A DNA stretch of 64,000 nucleotides, taken from positions 162,373-226,372 of the forward strand of contig JBEPZY010000004.1 in assembly GCA_041640595.1 (NCBI GenBank). Direction: 5' to 3'. This document shows positions 1 through 11,632 of the stretch, piece after piece (positions within the stretch are counted from its first letter, which is position 1; every line of letters begins with the position of its first letter). This DNA comes from Gemmatales bacterium. Lineage in GTDB: Bacteria > Planctomycetota > Planctomycetia > Gemmatales > HRBIN36. The notes under the pieces were generated by a model, which made no database searches, was not told the origin of the DNA, and saw only the letters and a list, made by a program, of their open reading frames with translations. The translations under genes were made by a program, and so were the position numbers.

Positions 1-373
1 GATCGCCAGGCGATTCGATTTCCACGCACAAATCCGCCGGGCCGTACAGCCGACCGTCACGCAAGCGTTCCGCATGTTCCTTAGCGAGAAAGACGATGTC
101 CGGCACGTAGCTCAGCGGTTTGCGCAGATCGAGAATCATGTCAATCTCCGGCCAGACCCAGCCCAGGTCGTGAGCTTTGACCCAGCGGTGCAGGACGTGG
201 TGCAGGTAATAAAGCCACTCCTGATGCCAACTCCGAGGCCGGGGACTCACAATCGGCTCTCCGTCGAGCAATTCGATTTTGCGTTCGTCGCTGGTGTCGG
301 CGAGATACTGGGCCAGCGTCATCCGTCGCGGTAACCGGGCACGGTTCGCTTTGCGTCGCAACACCGTCGTCAT
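1..373 (-). CDS. Uma2/DUF820 family PD-(D/E)xK-like endonuclease, runs off window edge
   Basis: Hand translation from ATG at 373: MTTVLRRKANRARLPRRMTLAQYLADTSDERKIELLDGEPIVSPRPRSWHQ...YVPDIVFL...GPADLCVEIESPGD. Uma2 motifs ELxDG, P..H, PD, DLxVEIxSP. Absent from ORF track because it has no stop in the window. Confidence 0.85.
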   Translation of the reverse strand, partial: MTTVLRRKANRARLPRRMTLAQYLADTSDERKIELLDGEPIVSPRPRSWHQEWLYYLHHVLHRWVKAHDLGWVWPEIDMILDLRKPLSYVPDIVFLAKEHAERLRDGRLYGPADLCVEIESPGD

Positions 374-553
374 AGCTGCCCCTCGGTTGCGGAAGTCGCA
401 AAGACCAGGACACTGGATTTTTACCTTCGCATCCGGGTGTCTGCGTGGTTCTGTATTCTTCGCGTTGGGCGCAAGCTGGGTGGTCTTCCGCCAGCGATTC
501 CGGCGGATCGCCAGTACTGGCGATATGCCCGCGGGCCAGATGTTCGCCGGTCC

Positions 554-1870
554 TTACACCGAGGCAACGTCGGCGAGAAGTTCGCGGATCGGTTCGGCAT
601 CGGCCAGCGGCAAGCTGGTGCCATCCGGCAAGGTAAGACGGGTTTGCGGCGAAATGCCCAGGAGCTGATAAATGGTGGCCGCCAGTTCCGCCGGGCTTAC
701 CGGCCGTTCTTCGGGGTACATGCCCCAGGCATCGGTGCGGCCGATGACTGTGCCGCCGCGGATCCCACCACCGGCCAGCAGCACCGACCAGGCGCCCGTG
801 TGGTGATCCCGACCGCCTCGGGAATTGAGCAACGGCGTGCGACCAAATTCCCCCATCGCCACCACCAGAGTGCTTTCCAGCATGCCCCGCGATTGCAGGT
901 CGTCCAGAAGCGCTGATAGCGTTTGATCGAGCATCGGCCCGAGCCAGCGGCGATAATCTTCCAGCGTGGAACCGAGCGAGCCACCGTCGGCGTGACAATC
1001 CCAGGTCACCGTGTCGTACACCGTCTCGAACATATTAACGGTCACCAGTCGCACACCGGCTTCCACCAGCCGTCGCGCCAGCAGGCACGATTGCCCGAAG
1101 GTGTGCATGCCGTAGCGATGCCGCAGTGAGGCCGGTTCGCTCTCCAATCGCAGGGCCCGACGCACCGCCGGATTCCACACCGCGCCCGCCAGCGGATTTT
1201 CCTCCGCCTGCCGACGGGCCCGATCATACGCACACAGCAATGCCGCTTCCGTATCCAGCCGGGCCAGATCGGCTTCCGGCAGGTGCGGCGCTAAATAGAG
1301 CGGTTCGTGGTGCGGCCCAAGGAAACCGGCTCCCTGACCGTGGCTGATGCTGATTCCGGTATTGCCGATCGGTCCCGGCACCACCGCAAAAGCCGGAACC
1401 GTATTCCGCGCACCCCGCAAATACGACACTACCGCTCCATAATGGGGATATTCACAATCCAGCCGACACAGCCGACCGGTCTGCATCAGCTGATGGCCGG
1501 CTTCGTGCACAGCCGCTTCCCGATGATACACCGTTCGCACCAGCGCCAGCCGATCCAGTCGCTGGGCCAGCTGCGGAAAGAGCTCACTGAGATACACGCC
1601 CGGCAAACGCGTCGGAATAGCGCGGAACGGCCCACGCACTTCCGTCGGGGCATGCGGTTTGGGATCGAAAGTGTCCAGATGGCTTGGCCCGCCTACCAGA
1701 GACAGCAGGATGCACGATTTCTCGCCCGAACCTGCCTGCGCCGATAGCCGCGACCATTCGCTCAGCGTCCAGCCCACTGCCCCGGCACACAGACCACCGG
1801 CACGCAGAAAATCGCGGCGGCTCATGCCATCGCAAAAGCGCACTTCCCGTCGTGCTTCCAGAATCAGCAT
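554..1870 (-). CDS. DUF1501 domain protein (planctomycete-type, Tat-like leader)
   Basis: SRRDFL, GGPSHLDTFDPKP, GQSCLLARRLVEAGV, WDCH, GEFGRTP, GRDH motifs. Confidence 0.9.
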   Translation of the reverse strand: MLILEARREVRFCDGMSRRDFLRAGGLCAGAVGWTLSEWSRLSAQAGSGEKSCILLSLVGGPSHLDTFDPKPHAPTEVRGPFRAIPTRLPGVYLSELFPQLAQRLDRLALVRTVYHREAAVHEAGHQLMQTGRLCRLDCEYPHYGAVVSYLRGARNTVPAFAVVPGPIGNTGISISHGQGAGFLGPHHEPLYLAPHLPEADLARLDTEAALLCAYDRARRQAEENPLAGAVWNPAVRRALRLESEPASLRHRYGMHTFGQSCLLARRLVEAGVRLVTVNMFETVYDTVTWDCHADGGSLGSTLEDYRRWLGPMLDQTLSALLDDLQSRGMLESTLVVAMGEFGRTPLLNSRGGRDHHTGAWSVLLAGGGIRGGTVIGRTDAWGMYPEERPVSPAELAATIYQLLGISPQTRLTLPDGTSLPLADAEPIRELLADVASV

Positions 1871-2048
1871 GGTTGCCTCCTATCCTGCTTAGCCGATCAA
1901 TCAGCCGGCTTGACCATTTGGCTTGCTCCGCCCATTCTGCGATTAACCTATTCGCAATTCCCCGCCAAACAACCCGCCGCCCCAAAGCAACTCCCTCATT
2001 GCCCGGAAACCATCTATTTGCTGCGAAACAGCAACCGAAGTCGCTATC

Positions 2049-3372
2049 GAGAGCGGCGGGCGTCAGCCCGCCGTGGTGTGTGGCGCGAACGGTTGCGGAT
2101 GAAAATCCAACAATGCTCGCTGGCAGTCGAACGCGCAATCAAGAGCGGCGGCGCGACGTTAGCCCGCCGTGGCGGTGTAACGCAATCGCAACGGGGTCAG
2201 CCTACCACGGCTGGCTTACGCCAGCCGCTCCTGGTTGCACGACGTTCGTTCGCAGTGAAAAACGACATTCGCGATGCACAAACGCACGTTCACAAGAGCG
2301 GCGGGCGTTAGCCCGCCGTGGTTTGGCAATGCGAACGCTGGCCGGCGAGAGTCGAGTAATGTTCGGGGACTGGCGAATACGCAACCAAGAGCGGCGGGCG
2401 TTAGCCCGCCGTGGCGGTGTAAAGCATTCGCAAGGGGGTCAGCGTACCACGGCTGGCTTACGCCAGCCGCTCCTGGTTGCACGACGTTCGTTCGCAGTGA
2501 AAAACGACATTCGCGATGCACAAACGCACGTTCGCAAGAGCGGCGGGCGTGAGCCCGCCGTGGTTTTCCGAACCGCGTCTGTGACTGCCATGCGACGACT
2601 TTCCGCGTTTCGCGTTTGCATGCGGCCTGGACTCGACGGGGGGCTTACACCCCCCGCTCCTGGTTGCATGCGCGACACATCGCCTGCGATATCCGTTTCC
2701 GATTCGCAACGGCGGATGTCTCCCACGGGGGGCTGACGCCCCCCGCTCTTGGCGCCATGCACGGTGCCCGGTCACCGGCCAAATAACGCCTTTTGCGATG
2801 CACAAACGCACGTTCGCAAGAGCGGCGGGCGTCAGCCCGCCGTGGTGTGTGCGGCGAACGGCCGCGGATCAAAATCCAACAATGCTCGCTGGCAGTCGAA
2901 CACGCAATCAAGAGCGGCGCGACGTCAGCCCGCCGTGGCGGTGTAACGCATTCGCAAGGGGGTCAGCGTACCACGGCTGGCTTACGCCAGCCGCTCCTGG
3001 TTGCACGACGTTTGTTCGCAATGAAAAACGACATTCGCGATGCACAAACGCACGCTCACAAGAGCGGCGGGCGTGAGCCCGCCGTGGTTTTCCGAACCGC
3101 GTCTGTGACTGCCATGCGACGACTTTCCGCGTTTCGCGCTTGCATGCGGCCTGGACTCGACGGGGGGCTTACACCCCCCCGCTCCTGGTTGCATGCGCGA
3201 CACATCGCCTGCGATATCCGTTTCCGATTCGCAACGGCGGATGTCTCCCACGGAGGGCTGACGCCCCCCGCTCTTGGCGCCATGCACGGTGCCCGGTCAC
3301 CGGCCAAATAACGCCTTTTGCGATGCACAAACGCATGCTCACAAGAGCGGCGGGCGTGAGCCCGCCGTGGTT
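2049..3372. repeat. REP/REPIN-like hairpin cluster 1 (about 16 copies, both orientations)
   Basis: Recurring CAAGAGCGGCGGGCGTCAGCCCGCCGTGG and reverse-complement variants; internal blocks duplicated (about 2530-2845 vs 3060-3370). Confidence 0.9.
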
Positions 3373-3430
3373 CGACAATCACGATGGTGGCTCGACAAGC
3401 ACGATGGTGGCACGACATGCACGATGGTGG
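3371..3430. repeat. 20-bp tandem repeat x3
   Basis: ttcgacaatcacgatggtgg / ctcgacaagcacgatggtgg / cacgacatgcacgatggtgg. Confidence 0.85.
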
Positions 3431-3449
3431 ACGGAATGCGACTTCCGCG

Positions 3450-3554
3450 GGGCTGCGTATTGGTAAGCGTGGCCTGTAGCGATCGTCATCGGGGGCACGC
3501 CTGTTTGCTTACCACGCAGGGCTGCGTATAAGTAAGAACGGCCGGTAGCGACCG
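3450..3554. repeat. Repeat-spacer-repeat unit (36 bp + 33 bp, period 69)
   Basis: gggctgcgtattggtaagcgtggcctgtagcgatcg at 3450 vs gggctgcgtataagtaagaacggccggtagcgaccg at 3519. Confidence 0.7.
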
Positions 3555-3682
3555 CGATAGTTGCATCTTCGCGGGTCGGTATGGCCGGACTCGAACAGCG
3601 AGTCGCCTGGTCGAACACATCTGCGGCATACAGGCAGCAGATTCGCTGCCTGGCCATTTACGGCAGTAACAAGGAGCATCGC

Positions 3683-4684
3683 GTGGTCAAACGCATTGCC
3701 GTCTTGGGCGATGGCGCGATGGGCATTGCCTGCGCCCTGATCCTGGCCTCGAAAGCGGAACTGCAGGTAACCGTGTGGAGTCCGGTAGAAGAATACGGTC
3801 GGCTGATTCAGCAAAAGCGTGAAAGTTTCCGTTATTTGCCGGGCGTCCCTATCCCGGAGCGTATCGGGCTAACACTGGATTTGTCCGAAGCGGCCACCGG
3901 GGCGGATTTGTTGCTGGTGGCCATTCCCACGGTGTATTTGCGAGCCACTCTGGAACGTGGTCAGGAGGTGCTGCGCCAGAATCGGTCGGCGGTGGTCAGT
4001 GTGATCAAGGGTTTGGAACAGAGGACGTTGTTGCGGCCGACGCAGATTATTGCGGAAATCCTCGGAGAGCGTCCGCTGGTCGTGCTGGCCGGGCCGAGTC
4101 ATGCTGAGGAGATCAGCCGCGGTTTACCGGCCAGTGTCGTGGCGGCCAGTCGGGACGCCTATTGGGCTGAGCAGGTGCAGCGTCTGTTCGGTACGGAGCG
4201 TTTCCGCGTATATACCAATCCCGATCCGGTAGGGGTGGAATTGTGCGGGGCGTTGAAAAACGTCATCGCCATTGCCGCGGGAATTTGTGATGGTCTGCAA
4301 CTGGGGGATAATGCGAAATCGGCGCTGTTGACGCGGGCGTTGGTGGAGATGGTGCGATTTGTCGAAGCTCATGGTGGGCGAGCGCAGACGGTTTACGGTC
4401 TGGCCGGTGTGGGCGACCTGATCACCACGTGCATCAGCGTGCACGGGCGCAATTTACGTGTCGGGAGAGAAATCGGTCGCGGCCGAAAACTCAACGAGAT
4501 TCTCGCCGACATGCAGCAAACCACAGAAGGGGTCTGGACTGCCCGAGCGGTTTACGAACGGGCCTGCCAGCTGGGTCTGGACATGCCGATCTGCACCGAG
4601 GTGTATCGGGTTCTGTACGAGCAGAAAGCTCCGCTGGCGGCTGTGCATGACCTGATGACGCGGGAAGCCGGCTCCGAGTATTAG
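3683..4684 (+). CDS. gpsA: NAD(P)H-dependent glycerol-3-phosphate dehydrogenase
   Basis: GDGAMG Rossmann motif, KGLE, GPSHAEE, GALKNVIAIAAG, GxGDLITTC, RN; GTG start at 3683 after AAGGAG RBS. Confidence 0.95.
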   Translation: MVKRIAVLGDGAMGIACALILASKAELQVTVWSPVEEYGRLIQQKRESFRYLPGVPIPERIGLTLDLSEAATGADLLLVAIPTVYLRATLERGQEVLRQNRSAVVSVIKGLEQRTLLRPTQIIAEILGERPLVVLAGPSHAEEISRGLPASVVAASRDAYWAEQVQRLFGTERFRVYTNPDPVGVELCGALKNVIAIAAGICDGLQLGDNAKSALLTRALVEMVRFVEAHGGRAQTVYGLAGVGDLITTCISVHGRNLRVGREIGRGRKLNEILADMQQTTEGVWTARAVYERACQLGLDMPICTEVYRVLYEQKAPLAAVHDLMTREAGSEY

Positions 4685-4791
4685 CAGTTTTGATGCTCGC
4701 AGGAACATTGTCTTGCCAAAATCGGCAAGCGATTTACAATCCGCTGGCGTAGTGGTCGTGTCGGTGTCTCGTCCGCCGGGGATTAGCGAGG

Positions 4792-4797
4792 TATAAT
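4792..4797 (+). promoter_or_regulatory. Putative -10 box (TATAAT) of clpC
   Basis: Perfect TATAAT about 85 bp upstream of the start; conserved in the duplicated copy at 36893-36898. Confidence 0.55.
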
Positions 4798-4879
4798 GCC
4801 AGTGAACGCAGCTTCCCGGAGCCAGGCGAGCGTGGGCCGGTTCGGGTCAGGCTGCGGATGAGCAAACAGGTGAACAGCC

Positions 4880-7405
<2,526 letters not shown>

Positions 7406-7469
7406 GCGGCACAATTCTCGCTGCATCGTACCACGCGACCGGAAGGTGAGTTTTCCGATCCCGCCCTGA

Positions 7470-7649
7470 CGGTCTGCGCAGCCCGCGCATGGATAGCTTA
7501 CCCACCGCTGAGTTGACCCTGAAAGACCGCGCCGTTCACTTGCGGTCTGCGCAGGCATCGCACGAATAGCTTACCCCTGTTCGGGAGCAACCACCTCGTA
7601 ATGAGGCGGTTCTCATAGTTTGCGCACCCCGCGCATGAATAGCTCACCC
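7470..7649. repeat. Mini-array: 3 x 34-bp repeats, 39-bp unique spacers, period 73
   Basis: cggtctgcgcagcccgcgcatggatagcttaccc (7470), cggtctgcgcaggcatcgcacgaatagcttaccc (7543), tagtttgcgcaccccgcgcatgaatagctcaccc (7616). Confidence 0.8.
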
Positions 7650-7659
7650 ATCTTCCGTA

Positions 7660-8385
7660 CAAGAGCGGGGAGCGTCAGCCCCCCGTGGGATACATCCGCC
7701 GTTGCGAATCGTAAACGCACATCGCAGGCGATGTGTCGCGCATGCAACCAAGAGCGGGGAGCGTCAGCCCCGCGTAGGATACATCCGTCGTTGCGAATCG
7801 GAAACGCACACCGCAGGCGATATGTCGCGCACGCAACCAGGAGCGGGTGGTGTAAGCCCCCCGTGGCACGCGAGCGTTCTCGTCCGGGCTAAAACGTGCG
7901 CTACTGCAAGTGCATTTCGTTCCCACGGCGGGCTGACAGGCGGCGTTCTTGTTAAAAAACCGCGCGCCACTTGCAGCACGTTTTTCCGAGCCACGGCGGG
8001 CTTACGCCGCGCTGCGCTTGTGCACAGCGTGCGTTCACCGACGATAGTCGCACTCCGTGCACCATCGTGCTTGTCGGGCCACGGCGGGCTTACGCCCGCC
8101 GCTCTTGTGAACGTGCGTTTGTGCATCGCAAAAGGCGTTATCTTTCCGGCCAACGGACGCCGTGCAGTGCACCAGGAGCGGGGGGCGTCAGCCCCCCGTG
8201 GGAAATATCCGCCGTTGCGAATCGGAAACGCACACCGCAGGCGATATGTCGCGCATGCAACCAAGAGCGGGGGGCGTCAGCCCCCCGTGGGAAACGTTCG
8301 CCGCTGCGAATCGGAAACGCATACCGCAGGCGATGTGTCGCGCATGCAACCAGGAGAGGCTGGCGTAAGCCAGGCGTGGGTGTGG
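7660..8385. repeat. REP/REPIN-like hairpin cluster 2 (about 9 copies; 89-bp sub-period)
   Basis: aagagcggggagcgtcagccccccgtgg-type copies at 7661, 7750, 7839, 8174, 8263, 8352 plus reverse copies. Confidence 0.9.
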
Positions 8386-8503
8386 TAGCGCGCCAGCAAT
8401 GCCCGATCGGGTGCGAGCAGCTTACTGATGCCCGCTATTGAAGAATTGCCGGTTTGTCGGTGAACGTGCATTTTTCGCGGCACGCCGGGCTGGGGTAACA
8501 CCA

Positions 8504-8784
8504 CGGCAGAGAGGCCGTGTAGCACGACCTCGACGTCCTCAGCGATCTGCTCACCACTGGGCAGCACCACCCCAGAGAGGCGTGTAGCACGACCTCGATG
8601 TCCTCAGCGATCCGCTCACCACTGGGCAGCACTACCCCAGAGGGGCCGTGTAGCACGACCTCGATGTCCTCAGCGATCCGCTCACCACTGGGCAGCACTA
8701 CCCCAGAGGGGCCGTGTAGCACGACCTCGATGTCCTCAGCGATTCGCTCACCACTGGGCAGCACCGCTCCAGAGAGGCCGTGTA
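8504..8784. repeat. 66-bp tandem repeat, about 4.2 near-identical units
   Basis: ccccagaggggccgtgtagcacgacctcgatgtcctcagcgatccgctcaccactgggcagcacta at 8635 and 8701, with variants either side. Confidence 0.9.
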
Positions 8785-8906
8785 CCTGGTTGACTTGTTC
8801 CGTCGCGTGAATTGCTGTTTCGAGGAGTTGGTGTTATGCCACGTCGAAGAAGCGGCGAGTCGTTGCCTTTTCCCGTTGCCCGAATCGCTGGCTCGGCCGG
8901 TTCGTG

Positions 8907-10061
8907 TTACGCCAGGCCGAAGAGGCGGCGGAAAAGACCCGGTTTGGCCGGCGGTTGGTTCGAGCCAGACTGGCTGGGTGCTGCACCGGATGTGGTGGGG
9001 CAGCTGGACGGATTGGCGGTGAAGTTCCCGCTTGCTGAATCGGATGCGATCGGAGCGACGGGACTAGTTTTCGGGTTGGCCATCGCGCCACGCGGACTGA
9101 TTGCCGGATCCGATGAGACCTGGCCGGCGGGAGTACCTTTCCGGTTGGGCAGCGAGCCAATTGTGTTCTCAGCCGCAACAGGATGCTGGGATGGGCAGGG
9201 CATCTGATCGGCTGAACTGACAAGCTGGCCCGGAGCGGAGGCGTTCGGGCCAGCATTCGGGGTACTCCCGCGCGCGCCAGGTGAGGTGGTGGGTTGCGCT
9301 GATCGGCTGGCGGAGGGCATCTCCGGCAGGCTGGGACGCGAGAGCGGTCGGCGCGACGGGCGTACTTCGCCGAAATAGCGGCGTTGTAACTCGGCATGCA
9401 GTTCGTACAAAGGCGCCAGCCGTTCCCGCAACGCAGCCTCCCGGGAGGCGATTTCCAGTTCGGTCTGGATTTGCTGATGCAGGCGTTGCAGTTCGTTCCG
9501 CTGCCGCGCCAGGTCAGCACGTTCCCGGGAAAGGGCCACTTCCATCTGCCGGATTTCGGCCATGAGTTGCTCTTCGTCGCGTTTGAGCTGTTCCCGTTCC
9601 CGCAGCAGTTCCTGTTCGAGTGCGAGGAGTTCCTCTTCGCGTGGAACACGGCGGTCGGGAGCGGGACGTTCTTTGGCCAGCTGCAGTTCCTGGTGAAGCT
9701 GACGGATGAGTTCGGACTTCTCCTCGAGGAGAGCTTCGTATTCCTGCTCACGTTGCCGCCAGCGGGCCGCTTCACGTTCCATGAGATTGAGTCGTTCGCG
9801 GGCCTGGTCGAGCAAAGTACGGAGGCGACGGTTTTCCTCTTCCAGTCGGGCCAGTTCCGCCGTCGGGTCTTTGGTCGGGGCGTTCGGCAACTTGTCCACC
9901 AGTGACAGAATCATGGCACTGCTGACGCCTGGTTCCTCGTCGCTGGCCGAAACCGGCTCGGCAGCATGTTCCGCATGGGCCAGCTCTGCCGACGTGGCCT
10001 GGCTCAGCTTATCGTTTTCCGACGCACGCCGTTCGTGGTTTACCGGAAGAGGCATCGCCAT
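8907..10061 (-). CDS. Coiled-coil protein with low-complexity Pro/Ser C-terminus
   Basis: Long E/R/L/Q heptad region; C-terminal amphipathic GLFRRLFG; ATG 10061 after GGGAG. Confidence 0.75.
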   Translation of the reverse strand: MAMPLPVNHERRASENDKLSQATSAELAHAEHAAEPVSASDEEPGVSSAMILSLVDKLPNAPTKDPTAELARLEEENRRLRTLLDQARERLNLMEREAARWRQREQEYEALLEEKSELIRQLHQELQLAKERPAPDRRVPREEELLALEQELLREREQLKRDEEQLMAEIRQMEVALSRERADLARQRNELQRLHQQIQTELEIASREAALRERLAPLYELHAELQRRYFGEVRPSRRPLSRPSLPEMPSASRSAQPTTSPGARGSTPNAGPNASAPGQLVSSADQMPCPSQHPVAAENTIGSLPNRKGTPAGQVSSDPAISPRGAMANPKTSPVAPIASDSASGNFTANPSSCPTTSGAAPSQSGSNQPPAKPGLFRRLFGLA

Positions 10062-10384
10062 AGGTTGCTCCCATCCGCGAGTCGCTCGCCTGGCATGATT
10101 CATCCGAGCAAGTATAGCACAAAATCTGCCGGCAAGTCGGAAAATGACGGATCTGCCGGTTGTGCCGATTGGGTGGGCGGTTCTGGTGGGGGTGGAAAAG
10201 TTTGGCAAAAATGTTGCCAGCCCGCAAAGTTTGCGCAGTCGCTAAAGCCGACCTGTCCGATACGTCGAAAAAATCCTCTACTTCCCGCACCTGGCCGCTC
10301 GATTAACAGACCAGGCCATCTGGGCCGGCAAACGACCCGCCAACGGATGCTGCCCAGACCAGGAGGGACGGGAACGAGGATGCC

Positions 10385-11152
10385 ATGTGCGCGAAACTGC
10401 AGATGAGTGCGCGGGCACTGCTCGTGCTCACAGTAGGGCTGAATGTCTGGCCAACCACCGGCCGGGAGTCCGCGTGGGCCAGTATCTGGCAGCCGGAACT
10501 GCTCAACCAATTGGAAGAACCCTGGCGACACCGGGCCCTGGAGATCACGCGAGCTCCGCAGATTCAATTGCGGGGTGTCGCGGAAAGTTTTCCCTGCCAG
10601 CGGGACGTCTATCGCTGGTTGCTCGACCATCCCGATTGGGCGTACCGCTTGTGGGAGGAATTGGGTGTGCGCGGGGCACGGGTGTATCGTCAGCCGGATG
10701 GTTCGTTCGCGGGCGAGGATGAGCAAAAAAATCGCCTGGTCTGGCGGAAGATTTTTCACCAGCCCGGATTGCATCTCTGGTACGTGGAAGCGACTGGACA
10801 GGGAAACTGGCTGAAGCAACCGATGCGGGTGCGGGCGTTGCTTTTGCTGCAATATGAGCCGGTTCGCTCACCGGCCGGCAAAACGGGAATTCGCCATGCC
10901 ACCGAACTGCTCGCCCAGGTGGATTCGCGAAGCTGGCAATGGATCCTGCGCTTCGGCAAAAACCTCGCTGAGGATTATGCCCGACACTGTCTGGAGCAGG
11001 TGCAAATGTTTTTTGCCGGCCTGGCCTGGTACCTGAGTGAGCATCCCCACTGGGGCGAACAACGCATCCGGCAGGTCATCCAGGAGCGACCCGAAGAAAC
11101 AGCAACCGGCCAGGAACTGCTCCGTTTGTTGAGTGCGACCGCCAGCCAGTGA
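10385..11152 (+). CDS. Hypothetical exported protein
   Basis: 255-aa ORF with hydrophobic N-terminus; natural composition. Confidence 0.7.
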   Translation: MCAKLQMSARALLVLTVGLNVWPTTGRESAWASIWQPELLNQLEEPWRHRALEITRAPQIQLRGVAESFPCQRDVYRWLLDHPDWAYRLWEELGVRGARVYRQPDGSFAGEDEQKNRLVWRKIFHQPGLHLWYVEATGQGNWLKQPMRVRALLLLQYEPVRSPAGKTGIRHATELLAQVDSRSWQWILRFGKNLAEDYARHCLEQVQMFFAGLAWYLSEHPHWGEQRIRQVIQERPEETATGQELLRLLSATASQ

Positions 11153-11317
11153 ACTGCTCTGGCACGCATCGGCTATTGTCAGCCACCTGGCAAAACCCAG
11201 CGCGAGCCCACCCATGAGGATACCTATCCTTCCGCTGCCTGCCGATTCCATGAGCTTCACCGTATCCGAAAGCCGAGTCGTTACCCAAACGCCTGGACAG
11301 AACCAATCCGCAAGGCC

Positions 11318-11411
11318 GGCGCACGCTCCACGATGTGTTTGTGACTCTCTAAACTCGCTGGCGTTGCGACTACGCATTCAACAGGCGCGCGTTCCACGAT
11401 GGGTTTGTGAC
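11318..11411. repeat. Repeat-spacer-repeat unit (28 bp + 38 bp, period 66)
   Basis: ggcgcacgctccacgatgtgtttgtgac (11318) vs ggcgcgcgttccacgatgggtttgtgac (11384). Confidence 0.7.
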
Positions 11412-11449
11412 CCAGACCATGCGATTCGGCATCCTTCCACCCCGCAACC

Positions 11450-11632
11450 AAAAGCGGCGGGCGTTAGCCCGCCGTGGAACCGCCAGACAAACGAACGACC
11501 AAGCGAACGGATTACACGGACAACCAGAGCGGCGGGCGCTAGCCCCCCGTGCGACGCTCGGACACACCAACCGCAAAGCGGAAGGACTATGCGGACAACA
11601 AGATCAGCAACCGTCAGCCCGCCGTGGAACCG
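11450..11632. repeat. Three REP-containing 74-bp tandem units overlapping the TolC start
   Basis: REP cores near 11450, 11524 and 11598, with homologous linkers. Confidence 0.75.

Noticed and set aside
1684..3531. Many ORFs across REP clusters (also 7.6-8.4, 19-20.3, 21.7-23 and 30.7-31.9 kb)
   Set aside because: Translations are repeat-derived (AAGVSPPW, HGGLTPAAL) in several frames at once; not credible proteins.
11133..11588. 152-aa N-terminal extension of TolC
   Set aside because: Composed of scar and REP sequence; the lipoprotein signal and RBS fit a start at 11589.
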